From Squalus acanthias (Eukaryota), in contig CM059431.1 in NCBI GenBank assembly GCA_030390025.1, forward strand, positions 124,312,001-124,376,000: a stretch of 64,000 nucleotides of DNA. Direction: 5' to 3'. The notes beneath the pieces were generated by a model, which worked only from the letters and a program-made list of their open reading frames with translations, ran no database searches and was not told where the DNA came from. Shown one piece after another: positions 12,331 through 26,580 of this stretch. Position 1 is the first letter of the stretch. Every line of letters starts with the position of its first letter. Made by a program: the position numbers and the translations under genes.

Positions 12331-13694
12331 GGTTTGGTCTGCATCCTTTCCCCTCCCTTTCTAAAGGCATTGACGTCTAGTGAGGGTTTGATATCACAGA
12401 TGCTGATCACCCTCTAGGGCCTCACCCACATGGCCAAAATTCATATGAGCCTAGTCAGTGGATGTCATCATGGGAAAGCATCACAGATGAGCTTAATCCT
12501 ATTTTCACCCGACACCTGCACACACACATGCATTACCAGCAGAGATATCTGGATAGTGATCGGGGGCAGCAACTCAGGGTGGTTTTCTCCTCCATTATCT
12601 AGAACTGCTTAGATCATGTTTGGCATCCCCAGCTCCACACTGGCTGAGATCAACACGGGTAAGTAATTAAAATGAAAATTATGAGAATCAGATGTAAGTA
12701 TTAAATGCAAACTCTAATTGATGCACCAATTGAAGGCTGGCCTTATTCAAGTACCTGTGAATTGTTTTGTGTTTTCACATTGTTGTCCTTTATAATTTCC
12801 ATGAAATGTGAAGCATTTTCCTGGAGCTTACAGGCTAGAAAATACTATTGGCAATGGTAGCAACTAGACATTGAATGTGTTTGTATGACCTTCCTCTGTC
12901 TGCTAGAGGTGCTAACTCATTTCAAATAAATGGGTTATAAACAAATTAATGTCATATAAAGGCATGAAGCCTTCAGCCACCGATTTTGTCAACTGTAATT
13001 TCTTGCCTCATGTCATTACATATATTAGGTATTATGTATAAGGATAATTTAGATTGAATAAACACACAGCACAATTAATACTAGAACTTAAACTAAAGTG
13101 AGCAAAATGTATTATGAAAATGGAACTTCTTTCTATAATTTATTGGAGAGACTTGGGTCTTATTTTTAATTGGTGCAGCTCTGTTGCAGTTGGGCACCTA
13201 TAGCTGTGGCAATGTCTTATGGTATTGGCCAGCAGAGGGGAGTAGAGAGAAAATAGAAAGGAAGGAAGCCTGGTGAATTGAGATGAGGTACAGAGTATAT
13301 TGTAGAGATCGCTGACTTTGTTTCCTCAAGTCTACAGAGTGAGTTGTAACTTTTAATTTAAGGCAAAAGATAAGTGTTTCAAAGGCTTTGAGCAAACTTG
13401 GCTGCCGACATTGAGCAAATTAAACTGAAACGTGCTTTCATGTCTTTCTGATTCCAAACAAAATCTGACAGAGGATCTTCTGCCTTCGGTAGTTATAGTT
13501 TAGTTTTTGGCTTTGTCATGACTCACTTCATTTATTAAAGAGCAACATGTTTATAACAGATGACTTAAGCTGGGACATTTGTGACAATAATATAATATAA
13601 AAGACATTGTACACAATTCGGTCTAACTGTTCATTTACATGTCCTGATATGCTTTGTTACTGTTTGGTGATTTAAAGTAAACAATTATATGGTC

Positions 13695-14430
13695 ATTACA
13701 TAGGATTACATAGGATATACAGCACAGAAACAGGCCATTCGGCCCAACCAGTCCATGCCGGTGTTTATGCTCCACTCGAGCTTCCTCCCGTCTTTCCTCA
13801 TCTAACCCCATCAGCATAACCCTCTATTCCCTTCTCCCTCATATGCTTATCTAATCACCCCTTAAATACATCTATGCTATTTGCTTCAAGCACTTCCTAT
13901 GGTAGCGAGTTCCACATTCTCATCACTCTCTGGGTAAAGAAGTTTCTTCTGAATTCTCTATTTGATTTTTTGGTGACTATCATATATTGAAGGCCTCTAG
14001 TTTTGCTCTTCCCCACAAGTGGAAACACTCTCTCTGTATCCACTCTTATCAAAACCTTTCATAATTTTAAAGACCTCTATTAGGTCACCCCTCATCCTTT
14101 TCTTTTGAAGAGAAAAGAGACCCAGCCTGTTCATCCTTTCCTGATAGGTGTACCCTCACATTTCTGGTAACATCCTTGTTAATCTTCTCTACACCCTCTC
14201 CAGTGCCTCTATATCCTTTTTATAATATAGCAACCAGAATTGCACACAGTACTGTGCAAGTGTGGTTTAGCATAACTTCACTACTTTTCAATTCTATCCC
14301 TCTAGAAATAAACCCTATTGCTTGGTTTGCTTTTTTTATGGCCTTGTTAACCTGTGTCGATACGTTTAGTGATTTGTGTACTTGTACTCCGGGATCCCTT
14401 TGTTCCTCTACCCCATTTAGTTTCTTCTTT
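13695..14430 (-). mobile_element. CR1 LINE 3' fragment
   Basis: GVEEQRDPGVQVHKSL..QVNKAIKKAN..GFISRGIE; (TTACATAGGA)-type tail repeats. Confidence 0.85.
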
Positions 14431-15517
14431 TTCTTAACCTTACAGTACTGAATCATATTGTCCTTCTCAACACAAACTCCTCCATCATTATTGATCTACA
14501 AAGAAATATTGATTGACAGGAGTAATGTATGCTACCAAGAACATTTTGTTTATTTGCTATAACTCTTGTACTTCTTACAAGTCTAAAAAGGATGCACCTT
14601 GACATAATGCAAACTAGTAGCATAATCCTCAAAACGGGTCATATGGGTAAAATTGAAGAGGGGGGGGGGTACAATTTGATGATTGTGACCAGTATAAATA
14701 TATATGTTTTAGAGACGACCCTGATAATGACTAGAATCAGTTGGCTATCAAACTGAAGTTGCTTACAGAGAAAATGCATAAGGACTACAGCAAGGAGAAG
14801 CACCTCCACTATAGCTGGGTATTCTATCTTCTGAGATACTCAAAGTATTGTATGATAAGAAAATGGTACAAAATTATATAAACTTCAGCCATTAACTGGG
14901 ACAGGCTTCTAAGCCGCACCCGCAACCTTTCCCTGATTGTAGTGAACGGATTTGTTCATTAAATTGGGTCAGACCATGCGTGACCTAATTCTAAAACTGG
15001 ATTGGAATTTTTTATGGTGGAGTTTTATTTAAGGGGTCATAAGCAAGCATTTAATAATACCTTAACAACTATTTAACTACATAGTAACTAATCTTACTGA
15101 GTTGAAAAAAATTAAAATAGTATAGAAAAATAAACAGTTATTAATAATGCTATTAGCAGTTATTACTTTATTCAGCTAACATATGTAATTTCATACAAAC
15201 ACATTAATAGGTTATTTACTGTAACTATTTTTTGCATTAAACTTTTAATAAGTGCTTGTTTATATCTGTTTGCCCAAATACTTGTTTTATTAGTATAGAT
15301 CCAACTGTCTTCCAGGTGACATTGAATGTTGTTCACACAGAATCTAGTTTGCAAAATAAGCCGCATAAACTCTTTTTTAAATAGGGAAAAGAGAACCTTT
15401 TGGGTTTGGGAACAAACTCCCATTTGAGACATGTACTCTTTCAAATTACTATTACTGATATTAGTGTATGAATCCTTCACGTTTTCATAGGACATTCTGC
15501 TGTGCGCTAATTTAGTG

Positions 15518-15665
15518 TAAGAACAGAAGAACATAAGAAATAGGAGCAGGAGTCGGCCATTTGGCCCCTCGAGCCTGCTCCGCCATTCAATAAGATCATG
15601 GCTGATCTGCTACCTCATCTCCACTTTCCTGAGCTATCCCCCATATCCCTTGATTCCCTTAATAT
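15518..15665 (-). mobile_element. CR1 3' tail fragment
   Basis: AAGAACATAAGAAATAGGAGCAGGAG..GGCCATT, same as 53003-53120 and the reverse of 43200-43298. Confidence 0.8.
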
Positions 15666-15745
15666 TCAATAGGCATTAACTTATTCATTTTAAATGAGGT
15701 AAAGCTTTCACTAAAATTACAGACAGAAGTTTGCCATCTGAGTGT

Positions 15746-16777
15746 TGTAAGCGGTTTTTGATCCGAGCCCAATTGCTAGACGGACGGTTCGAATCGCCCC
15801 CGCCTTACGAAAGTTCTATACCCGGGAATTATTATTCAGAGTATAAATGAAATAAGTCACGGACAGGAATGCTTCGGTGAAAAATCAAACTTATATTTAT
15901 TTGGTCTAACATACACTGTCTAAAACATGCACTACTAAACGAAATCACTGTCTCTGTGGAGAATAAAATCCAGGTTACAAACAACATACATACAGTACAA
16001 AACTGAGGACTATGACAAGCAGTAATTCCCTTGTTGCTATGGTGGACTCTAATTCCACCCCTACCAACGAATTACCCAATCGCATAAGCCCCTTCGCCTG
16101 GCTGAACCAAACGAAGCTCCCACCCTTGGAATAGCCCAAAAGCTTCACTTCTGAGAAAAACTCTGAGCCCTCTGGTTACCGGCTTGGGACACTCAAGACC
16201 ATGCTTACCACCACACACAGTCGGTCTCGATCACTCCGCTTAGCTGCTTCTTCCTCTGGTACTTCTTCTTGTTAGGTCGATCTTGGTGCAGCGAGAGCGA
16301 GAGAGAGAGAGAGATGGTGGGAAAGGATCTATCTTTATAGAAGTCTCGCTACCCCTATCTTTCCCGCCAATCTTTAAAATCCTTTTGTTTCTAAGCACTC
16401 CGGTGCTTAATCAGTGATGGGCCATCATCAGACCCATGTGTACTCCATGATTGGACTAATGGCCCTAAGTCTGGGACATATTTTGGTCTTTGTGTTGGGA
16501 AAAACTGGCTCCTCTCCGGCTGGCTAGGCCAGTGGGTTATTGTTCTGCTTCTCTTCTGAGATGGAGGTGAGAAGTGCTTTTGCATATTCTGGATGACTGA
16601 CAGTTCTTTTGCCATAGCAAACTGCCATGCGTTCTCTGGAGTTTTAACAAACCAGTTTTTCACATCTGCACAGGGTGATCCCATCACAGGGAAAATACCC
16701 TCAGAAAAATCCTATAAAGTCCACAAAATATTCTCGACTGAGTCCATTCTTCAAACAGAGACTTTGCGATCTCTTTA
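15746..16777 (-). mobile_element. Probable solo LTR
   Basis: Starts TGTAAG; AGTGT on both flanks; minus-strand TATA-like CTATAAAG (~16335) and AATAAA (~15898); (AG)n; terminal CA missing. Confidence 0.5.
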
Positions 16778-17957
16778 GTGTGTTAAGCATTCATCTGCCA
16801 ATATTGCCAAAATAAATTCCAGGATATGAGTATTAATATATGGCCTAGTTTTTCATACTAAATTTGCTGGCCAATATAAAAGGCCTCTCATAAATTTACT
16901 GCTTACTTTTTAAAAGAATCTTCTTCCTGGTAACAGCAACAAACAGGTTAAAAACAACGTGGTGGTGGCAACATCTCTGGTAATGCCTCAACACCAGAAA
17001 GAAAGAGCTTGACTTTATGACCTCAGGAAATGCCAAAGTGCTTCTCAGCTAATGAAGCTCTTTTGAATTGTTGTAATATAGGGAAACATGACAGCCAATT
17101 TTTGCACAGTAAAGTCCCACAAACAGCCAGTGAGATAAATGATCAATGAAACTGTTTTGGTGTTGGCTGATCGATAAATGTTGGCCATGTCACCAGGAAA
17201 ATTCTCCCGCTCTTCAAATAGAGCTGTGCGATCTTTTACATCAACCCTTATCTTAGTTTAACATCTCACGCTGCATTTCCTCACTCCACCACTGGAGTAT
17301 CAACTGAGATTATGGGCTGAATTTTCCTGGGTAGTAGCGGGCGAGATCGATTGCGGGTCAGGTGGGAAAGTTGTTATTTTTGACAGCGGGTCGGGAACCC
17401 CGCTGTCATCTCACTCCCATGCACCTTTCCTACAGGCGCGTCTGTCATCATGGAGCCAACCCAAACTGCAGCGGTGGGGGACCCAATTGAAATCATTATG
17501 AGGTAGTTTACAGGCACTTAAGAACCTTTTTCCCCCTACTTTTTAAATTTCCCTGCATGGCCAGGGGATTCACGCAGCTTGGGAACCACGTCTGTCAACA
17601 TGAGGCATGAGTTCTGTAGCCATTGCTCCAGCTGATTACTTGACAACGTGAAAAAGAAACCAAAATAAAAACATGTTGATTATATCAGCTAACAGATTGA
17701 TGGAGATTCTGTTCTACTTGAAAAGATACTGGTAAATGTTAATTCAGAAATTCCTGAAGGGATGCAAGTGCTACCCTGGATGGTGAGGGAAATACATTTT
17801 CCTATGGCCATTCTCAGCTGTTGCCTTCCAACTCAACAATAATTGCAGCGAATTGATCTGCACTATAAAAAATCACACATACCATTTAAATAAATGTTTG
17901 TGTTGTTTCTGGTCAGGTTTTTCTAACAGTACACTGTGATTGTCCAGTAACACATTA

Positions 17958-18400
17958 AGTCATATAGTCATAGAGTCATAACAGCACAAAAGGAGGCCAT
18001 TCGGCCCATCGAGTCCATGCCGGCTCTCTGTAGAGCAATCCAGTCAGTCCCATTCCCCCACTCTATCACCGTAGCTCTGCAAGTTTATTTCCCTCACATG
18101 CCTATCCAGTCTTCCCTTGAAAACATTGAGTGTCTCTGCTTCCACCACTTCCGTCAGCAGCGAATTCCAGGTCATTACCACTCGCTGCGTAAAAAAAGTT
18201 TTTCCTCACCCCCCCCCCGTATCTCTTGCCCAAAACCTTAAATCTGTGTCCCCTAGTCCTTGTACCATCAACTAGTGGGAACAGCCTTTCCCCATCTCGC
18301 CTATCCAAACCCGTCATAATCTTGTACACCTCTATCAAATCACCCCTCAACCTCCTTTGCTCTAATTCAAACAAATCCAGCTTCTCCAACCTGTCCTTGA
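17958..18400 (-). mobile_element. CR1 LINE 3' fragment
   Basis: LEQRRLRGDLIEVYKIMTGLDR..TRGHRFKV; (AGTCATAG) tail repeats. Confidence 0.85.
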
Positions 18401-18510
18401 ATAAATCAAGTCATCAACCGTAACAATTTCATTCTCCTCACTCATTCCACTGGTTCAATTTGCTTTCAATCCCTGAATATGACTAATTTAACTTTTCAGT
18501 CTGAGACTTT

Positions 18511-18669
18511 GGGGGTGAATTTCTACAGAGGTTCTCTCACTTGTCCATTGTTAACTTCAACAGAAGAGCTTCAGAAATCCCAGAAACACATTGTAAGGAC
18601 CACTTACACTGTTTGTCAGAGATTCCACAGCTCTTCTGCCGACCTTGCATAAGATTTCAAATCCACCCC
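18511..18669. mobile_element. Small MITE (159 bp)
   Basis: TIRs GGGGGTGAATTT / AAATCCACCCC; TSD TTT. Confidence 0.65.
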
Positions 18670-19825
18670 TTTACAAATACATTTAAAATCTGCTTAATTT
18701 TATGTATTACCTATATACACACACATCTTTTATTTGTACCAGTTACTGATACAAATGTCTATAGATTTGTGACTAAAGCACCAATAACTTCCCAATTAAT
18801 GTATTTTTAAAATTATGTTCTTGATCGTATTTGTAGATGGCATCATATTACTTAATGATAATATTTAAATATTTCTTTGTCACTCATATATAACTTTTAT
18901 TATATTATTGTACAGTAAAGATTCAACACCCACTATGTTAGATTAAACTTAAAATTAAATGTGGCCATGGTCCCTTTAAGGATCCCGGCTGAAAACGCAT
19001 CATGAATGACGTCACCAGACCCGCTCCATCTTATTGGGCTGGGTAACGCACTGGGCGGGCTTAATAGGCCCCATTAAGGTAAGTTCATTTTCTACAGCGG
19101 GATGGAGCCAGCAGCGGGGTCGGGACCCGCCACGGATACCGGCCGCAATGGACTCGCCATGGTAAGGAAAATTCCGGCCTATGTGCTCAAATTCTGGAGT
19201 AGGACTTGAATTCACTACCTTCTCAGTCGAAAGCAAGAGTACAACCACTGAATCAACACAGATACCAAGGAGTGGAATAGATGATAGAGGTGGCTTGGCC
19301 TTCAATTCATTGAGTTGATTTTTTTCTAATTATCCATCTCCTTTCAGAACTCCAGCCATGTGTTCAGATGGCATTGGGGGGAATTGTAACAAAGATATTT
19401 ATTTTGCTGTAGATACACTAACCATTAGAACTGACTTAGTGCCTGTCATTTCTGCTGAAACAATGACAGAAGACTTATGGAGACACATTTATATATTTTA
19501 TTCCGGTATCGTGGAAAATATATAATGCAGTCAGATTTACTGGCAGTCATAGCTCATTACCAACTGCTGAGAGTAAAATACAGTTCATGATTATAATAAT
19601 ACATAAACGGAGAACAAAGCAGTTCAAAACACGTGTGTTTGCTGAAAGAAATATTTCAACTTTTCAAACAGAATAAAACTTCATTCAGCATTGAGTCAAA
19701 TATTTATATTTATTGCTCGGAATTGTTCAACCGTCCAATTCAGCAGTTTAAAGAAGGAAAACAATTTATGCATTAATTTTGAAATTTCTTTATAGCTGAA
19801 GATAGATCCCTCAAACAACACAACT

Positions 19826-20011
19826 TGGGTTAATTTTGACTTTTGGCGATAGTGTAAATTGGGCGCTATCGGATTGGCCGCTTGTTATAAATCTCGCCCG
19901 ATTTTTGTTTCCTCTTATGTCAATAGAAATGAAAATCGGAAGAGGTGCACAATGGGCGGCTGATCCGATATCGAAAATTTTACAACAACACCAAAAGTCA
20001 AAATGACCCCC
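19826..20011. mobile_element. Palindromic (fold-back) MITE
   Basis: GGGTTAATTTTGACTTTTGG pairs with CCAAAAGTCAAAATGACCC; imperfect symmetry continues to the centre. Confidence 0.75.
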
Positions 20012-20859
20012 AATGTGCCCTAAACTTTCCGTTCCCAGTAACCTCAATATACAGGCTCAAAGTTTGCTGGTGCATGCGCTGTTAGTTAGACTTTTTCCCT
20101 CACCCTTCAGCTGAAAAATGTTTTGCCCTGTAAATTGATGGAAATGCGAGCTGATAACAGGGATAACAGGGCATCTGGGACCTTGGTGAACGATGGAACC
20201 AACAGTCTATTCCTTAACCAGTGAGTTTTAAGGATTGAGACAGAAACAGAGAAACAATGGAAAAGCAGGATGAATTAGAATGGATGAGTAAGAGTCAAAT
20301 CGGGTACAGGATGAGAAATTCAGGGAAAGTAGGGGGGCGATTTTCCCAGCCCTGTGGAGGCGGGTTTGGAGGTGGGTCAGTTCGTAAAATTGCAAAAAGT
20401 GAGTGCGGGTTTGGAAACTGCCTCCAACCCACCTCCGTGCAACTTTGCCAGAGGCAGGCTTCAGGAGTGCGATTTAGTCCTGCCTCCAAGACGCGGGATA
20501 GGCAATTAAGACCCTTAACAAGCACTTAAGGGCCTCTGTAATCCTATTTTGCCAGGCCTTTGTTATTTTCCCACATTTACAGCTTGTTGCACGCCGCTCC
20601 TAAAGCACGCCAGCTAATCCTGGCGGGTTGACAAGTGGCTGGCCTCCTCACAGCTGCAGCTCCTCCATAAAAATGGAGCTTTCAACAGGGATGAGTTGGA
20701 GGTGGCAGAACTTTTGTTGCACAGGTCTTTGAGCACTTTTTCCAGACCTACTGAAGTCAGAGTTGGTGCAGCTGAGATCTATCTACTTTGGGACCTCCTG
20801 GGAAAACCCTCTCCCCACGTGGACTGAGTGCTTCTCCAAGGGAGGTATCTGCCAGCAGC

Positions 20860-22142
20860 ATGGGAAACATTTATTTCCTTTCATCATGGACCTCAGATTC
20901 GGACGAGGAGCAGCCACAGCAGCAGCAGAACCAGGCAGAACAGCAGCAACAGCAGCAGGAGCGCCAACATGCTGCTCACCCACCTGATGCTGCACAGGGC
21001 AGAAGGCGCCAGTGCATGGCAGCACGTCACTGCAGGAGATACCCTCCTATCAGGGTTAACAGACAGAAGATGAGCTTCCTCAACATGAGTAAGCAGCAGT
21101 GACAAAAGAGGCTGAGACTATCGTGAGAGGTTGTCCGAGACATCTGCACAATGCTGCACCAACACCTGGAGCCCGGAGGATCCGGTGGACACCCCTTACC
21201 AGTGGCTGTCAAAGTCACCACCGCACTCAACTTTTTTGCTTCGGGCTCCTTCCAGGGATCATCAGCAGACATCAGCGACATCTCCCAGTCAGCCACCCAC
21301 AGTTGCATCACACAGTTTACCGATGTCCTCTTCGCAAAGGTGCACAATTACATCAACTTTTCAACGGATCAAGCAAGTGTAACCACGCGTGCGGTTGGAT
21401 TCGCAAATATGGCAGGCTTGCCAATGGTGCAGGGCGTCATAGACTGCTCATATGTGGCCTTTAGGGCACCCCATCACAACCCAGCTATTTTTGTCAACCG
21501 CAAGGGCTTCCACTCCTTCAACGTACAGCTGGTGTGTAACCACAAAAAGGAGATTTTGCATGTTTGCGCCAAGTAATGTGGTAGTTGCCATGACTCGTTC
21601 ATCCTGCGACAGTCTAGTGTGCCTCCGCTCTTCAATCCGCCAAACCAACCTAACGGATGGCTTCTTGGAGACAAGGGCTACCCCCTGAAGACGTGGCTAT
21701 GACGCCAATCAGGAGGCCATCGAACGAAGCTGAAGAGCGCGACAATGCCAGCCACATTTTGACCAGGTCCATCGTCGAACAAACCATCGGCTTGGTGAAG
21801 ATGCGATTCAGATGCCTTGACAGATCAGATGGAGCCCTGCAGTACTCAGCAGCCAGGGTCTCCAAAATGGTCGTGGTCTGCTGTACGCTGCACAACATTG
21901 CACAGCATCGTGGCTTGCAGCTTCCTGAGGAGCAATTGGCTCAGTACATAGCCTCCTCAGATGAGGATGAGGATGAGGAGGAGGAGGAGAATGATGACCA
22001 AGCAGAGGTGCATCAACCAGCAGCAGCAGCAGCACGCGAGCACATTGCTGGCCAGAATGCAAAGGATGCACTCATCTTGGCCAGATTTGCTCAGGTTGCC
22101 CAGTCTAGCGCATGTGCTTGGCGCCTTCTTAGCACAAGATAG
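20860..22142 (+). pseudogene. HARBI1-type DDE transposase of Harbinger 1
   Basis: [67 protein letters not shown]; stops at ~21100 and 21574, frameshift ~21690. Confidence 0.92.
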
Positions 22143-22953
22143 ACAATAGACATGACTCTCTGGCTTCTTCTCACTCTGACCACCAACCTGACCAAGCAAG
22201 TCTCGCTGAGGCCGCAATGTGGAACTTCCAAAACCGAAATCACAGAGGCCATAACGTCAACAGTTTGGCATAACCAGAGTTTAATACATTGACAAATGGA
22301 TGGCATTTAATCATTAAACACAAAAAAACACCCAAGTGACTGCCCGTGTGACTAATTGTGTTTTATCTTCCTCTTACGCGTGCTCCTACGTGGTGCTTCC
22401 CCTGTGGCTTCAGCAGAAGTGGAGAGCCCTTGCTCACTTTCATGCTGCTCCTGCTTTGACACCTTTGGCGGGCATCCTCTGGGATAGCGAGCCTGTGAGG
22501 GCTCGCCAAAAGTCTGCTCCTCCTGCGGCTGTGCAGGGGCTGAGACGCCCATCTCAGTTGGGTGAGGACTCTGATGGGGCTCTAACTGAGGACAATGCAG
22601 TGGCATGGAAGTGTGAGCAATTGGAGAGGAGCCCCCACTTACTTGTTCTCTGCCACCAACATCCCTCTCATGGGTCAGCCCCACCTCAGCGCTAGCAAGT
22701 GGCTTGAGACCACTTTGCTGCACATCAGGGGGGCCATGAGGACCCATCTCTGCACTGGTAGTCCTACTGCTGAGGATTTCCATGAAGCTCTGGCCTCTCT
22801 GATCTATAGCTGGCCATCGATCCTCCAGAGATGTCAGTCTATTCTGAACATTGACCATGTTTTCAACACTCTGGCGACTTACCTCCTCCATGGCCGTGGC
22901 CTTCATTTGCAGAGAGGCAGCCATCGATACCGCGGAGGTATAGGGTCATATAT

Positions 22954-23400
22954 GGGCTGGATTTTGAATGACCCATGGAGTCGGGTTTGGAGGCGTGTGG
23001 GGGGTTAAATTTGTGGGGTCGGGGTTTCCGACCCTATCCCGACTCTATCCCGCCTGCACGCAATTTTGACAAAATCAGTCGCGGGGTTCCCGACTCCGTC
23101 CCGCCTCCAAGAGGCGGGAGAGGCCATTAAAGCCCTTAACAAGCCCTAAATTGGGTCTGTAATGCTATTTTGAAACATTGTAGCTAGTTTAACCCTTTTC
23201 TGACGTGAAGCACGCCTGGTGTGAAACACTCCAGTGAAACCTGGCGGGAGCACAAATGGATAGCTGACTATCGGCTGCAAGTCCACTATTACAACGGAGA
23301 TGTGATGAAGGTAGTAGTAGTATTAGGTGTGAAAGTCGCCTCTGATACTGCTACAATCAATGTCATGGCATTTGGTTTAAGAGGACTTGGATGCAAAAAA

Positions 23401-23435
<35 letters not shown>

Positions 23436-23706
23436 TATATTAATTTGCATCAGAAGCAATGCAGACAGGTCCTCTCTCACCAGTAGCCAGACAATCTCTG
23501 AGAGCAGGCAGTCAGCAATGATGACATCATCAGAGGCGGGTTTAAGACTGAAACCACTAATTAGTTCATGGGTTCCCACATGCTGCAACTCAATTGCCCA
23601 ATTAAGTTAAAATTGCATCAGGCATCCACATTAATCTGGAGTCGGGGGGGAAAAACGAAATGCAGATTACACGACCCCAACCCGACCCCAAGACAAAATC
23701 CAGCCC
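22954..23706. mobile_element. Harbinger-type MITE inserted in the CR1 3' tail
   Basis: Perfect TIR GGGCTGGATTTTG / CAAAATCCAGCCC; subterminal similarity to the Harbinger 1 left end; (CT)n at 23404-23432. Confidence 0.85.
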
Positions 23707-23778
23707 ATAGAGTTATACAGCACAGAAAGAGGCCCTTCGGCCCATCGTGTCCGCGCCGGCCATCAAGCCCTGTCTATT

Positions 23779-26580
23779 CTAATCCCATTTTCCAGCACTT
23801 GGTCCGTAGCCTTGTATGCTATGGCGTTTCAAGTGCTCATCTAAATGCTTCTTGAATGTTGTGAGGGTTCCTGCCTCTACCACCCTTTCAGGCAGTGAGT
23901 TCCAGATTCCAACCACCCTCTGGGTGAAAATGTTTTTCCTCAAATCCCCTCTAAACCTCCTGCCCCTTACCTTGAAACTATGCCCCCTGGTTATTGACCC
24001 CTCTACTAATGGGAAAAGTTCCTTTCTATCTACCCTATCTGTGCCCCTCATAATTTTGTACACCTCAATCAGGTCCCCCCTCAGCCTTCTCTGCTCTAAG
24101 GAAAACAACCCCAGCCTGTCCAGTCTCTCTTCATAGATGACACGCTCCAGCCCAGGTAACATCCTGGTGAATCTCCTCTGCACCCTCTCCAATGCAATCA
24201 CATCCTTCCTATAGTGTGGCGACCAGAACTGCACACAGTATTCCACCTGTGGCCTAACTGGCATTTTGTACAGCTCCATCATAATCTCCCTGCTCTTATA
24301 TTCTATGCCTCGGGTAATGAAGGCAAGTATCCCATATGCCTTTTTAACCACCTTATCTAGCTGTCCTGCTGCCTTCAGGGATTTATGTACATGCACACCA
24401 AGGTCCCTCTGATCCTCTGTCCTTCCTAGGGTCCTGCCATTCATTGTGTATTCCCTTGCCTTTTTAGTCCTCCCAAAATGCATCACCTCACACTTTTCAG
24501 GGTTAAATTCCATTTGCCACTGTTCTGCCCATCCTCCTGTAGCCTGAGGCTTCCCTCCTCGCTATTTACCACTCCACCAATTTTCATGTCATCTGCAAAC
24601 TTACTGATCATACCTCCTACATTCATATCTAAATCATTAATGTACACTACAAACAGCAAAGGACCCAGCACCGATCCTTGCGGTACACCACTGGAAACAG
24701 GCTTCCAGTCACAAAAACAACCTTCGACCATCACCCTCTGCCTCCTGCCACTAAGCCAATTTTGGATCCAATGTGCCAAATTGCCCTGGATCCCATGGGC
24801 TCTTCCCTTCTTGACCAGTCTCACATGCGGGACTTTGTCAAAAGCCTTACTGAAGTCCTTGTAGACTACATCAACTGCACTACCCTCATGCACACACCTG
24901 GTCACCACCTCGAAAAATTCAATCAAATTGGTTAGATATGATCTCCCCCTGACAAAGCCATGCTGACTATCCTTGATTAATCCTTGCCTCTCCAAGTGGA
25001 GACTAATTCTGTCTCTCAGAATTTTTTCCAATAATTTCCCTACCACTGATGTTAGGTTCACTGACCTGTAATTCCCTGGTTTATCCCTACTACCCCTCTT
25101 GAATAATGGTACTATGTTAGCTGTCCTCCAGTCCTCTGGCACCTCCCCTGTGGCCAGAGAGGTTCTGAAAATTTGTGTCAGAGCCCCTGCAGTCTCCTCC
25201 CTTGCCCCACACAGCAGCCTGGGATACATCTCGTCTGGGCCTGGGGATTTATCCACTTTTAAGCCCGCTAAAACCGCTAGTACCTCCTCCCTCTCAATAC
25301 TAATTTGTTCAAGTATATCACAATCCCCCTGCCTGATTTCTATGCCTACATCGTCCTTCTCCATAGTGAACACAGATGCAAAATATTCATTTAAAACCTC
25401 ACCCACATCTTCCAGCTCTACACACAGATTGCCGCTTTTGTCCCTAATGGGCCCTACTCTTTCCCTGGTTATCCTCTTGCCCTTAATATACTTATAAAAC
25501 ACCGTGGGATTTTCCTTTATTTTGCCCGCCAGTATTTTTTCATGCCCCCTCTTTCCTTGCTCTCCTAATTTCTTTTTTAAGTACCCCCCTGCACTTTCTA
25601 TACTCCTCTAGGGCTTGCACTGTTTTTAGTCCTTTGTATCTGCCAAAAGCCTCCCTTTTTTTCCTAATCCATTCTTATATATCCCTTGACATCCAGGGTT
25701 CCCTGGGCTTGTTGGTCCCACCTGTTGACCTTTACGGGAACATGTTGGCATTGTACTCTCTCTATTTCCTTTCTGAACGACTCCCACTGCTCTGATGTGG
25801 ATTTTCCTACAAGTAGCTGATCCCAGTCCACTTTGGCCAGATCCTGCCTTATCATATTAAAATTGGCCTTCCCTCAATTTAGAACCTTTATTTCTGATCC
25901 ATCTTTGTCCTTTTCCATGACTGCCTTAAATCTCACCGAATTATGGTCACTGTCACCAAAATGCTCTCCTACTGACACTTCTACCACTTGCCTGGCTACA
26001 TTCCCTAGAATTAGGTCCAGTACCGCCCCCTCTCTTGTAGGACTTTCTACATGCTGGCTCAGAAAGCTCTCCTGGATGCACTTTAAGAATTCTGCACCCT
26101 CTAAGCCTTTCACACTCTGACTATCCCAGTTAATATTGGGGAAGTTGAAATCCCCTACTATTATTACCCTATTATTTCTACACTTCTCTGAGATTTGCCT
26201 ACATATCTGTTCCTCTATCTCCCCTTGACTGTTTGGGGGCCTACAGTACACTCCCAGCAAAGTGCTTGCCCCCTTTTTGTTTTTAAGTTCTACCCATATG
26301 GCCTCATTAGAGGAACCTGCTAAGATATCATCCCTCCTCACAGCAGTAATTGACTCCTTGATTAATATTGCGACACCCCCTCCTCTTTTACACCCCCCTC
26401 TGTCTCACCTGAAGATTCTATACCCCGGAATATTGAGCTGCCAGTTCTGCCCCTCCCTCAATCATGTCTCTGTGATAGCAACAATATCATACTCCTATGT
26501 GTTCATCAACACCTTCAATTCATCTGCCTTACTCGCAAGACTCCTTGCATTAAAATAAATGCCATCCAGCCTTGCCATAC
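23779..26580 (-). pseudogene. CR1 ORF2 (APE endonuclease + reverse transcriptase), frameshifted
   Basis: IIVGDFNFPNINW, LDLIL..GDSDHN, KSPGPD, DFSKAFDKVPH, GVPQGSVLGP, KFADD. Confidence 0.95.

Larger units (their letters stand above)
17314..19179. mobile_element. Non-autonomous Harbinger-type element
   Basis: TIRs GGGCTGAATTTTCC / GGAAAATTCCGGCC; TSD TAT; contains a CR1 fragment and a small MITE. Confidence 0.75.
16997..19265 (-). mobile_element. Deu-domain (SacSINE1/AmnSINE-like) SINE split by the 17314-19179 insertion
   Basis: Joined flanks read ACTGGAGTATCAACTGAGATTATGTGCTCAAATTCTGGAGTAGGACTTGAA (includes reverse B-box-like motif); recognised from memory of the family. Confidence 0.55.

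Noticed and set aside
20860..22142. Host HARBI1 gene (and NAIF1 for the Myb-like ORFs)
   Set aside because: Multiple decayed copies with stops and frameshifts inside TIR-bounded units; these are transposon genes, not the domesticated loci
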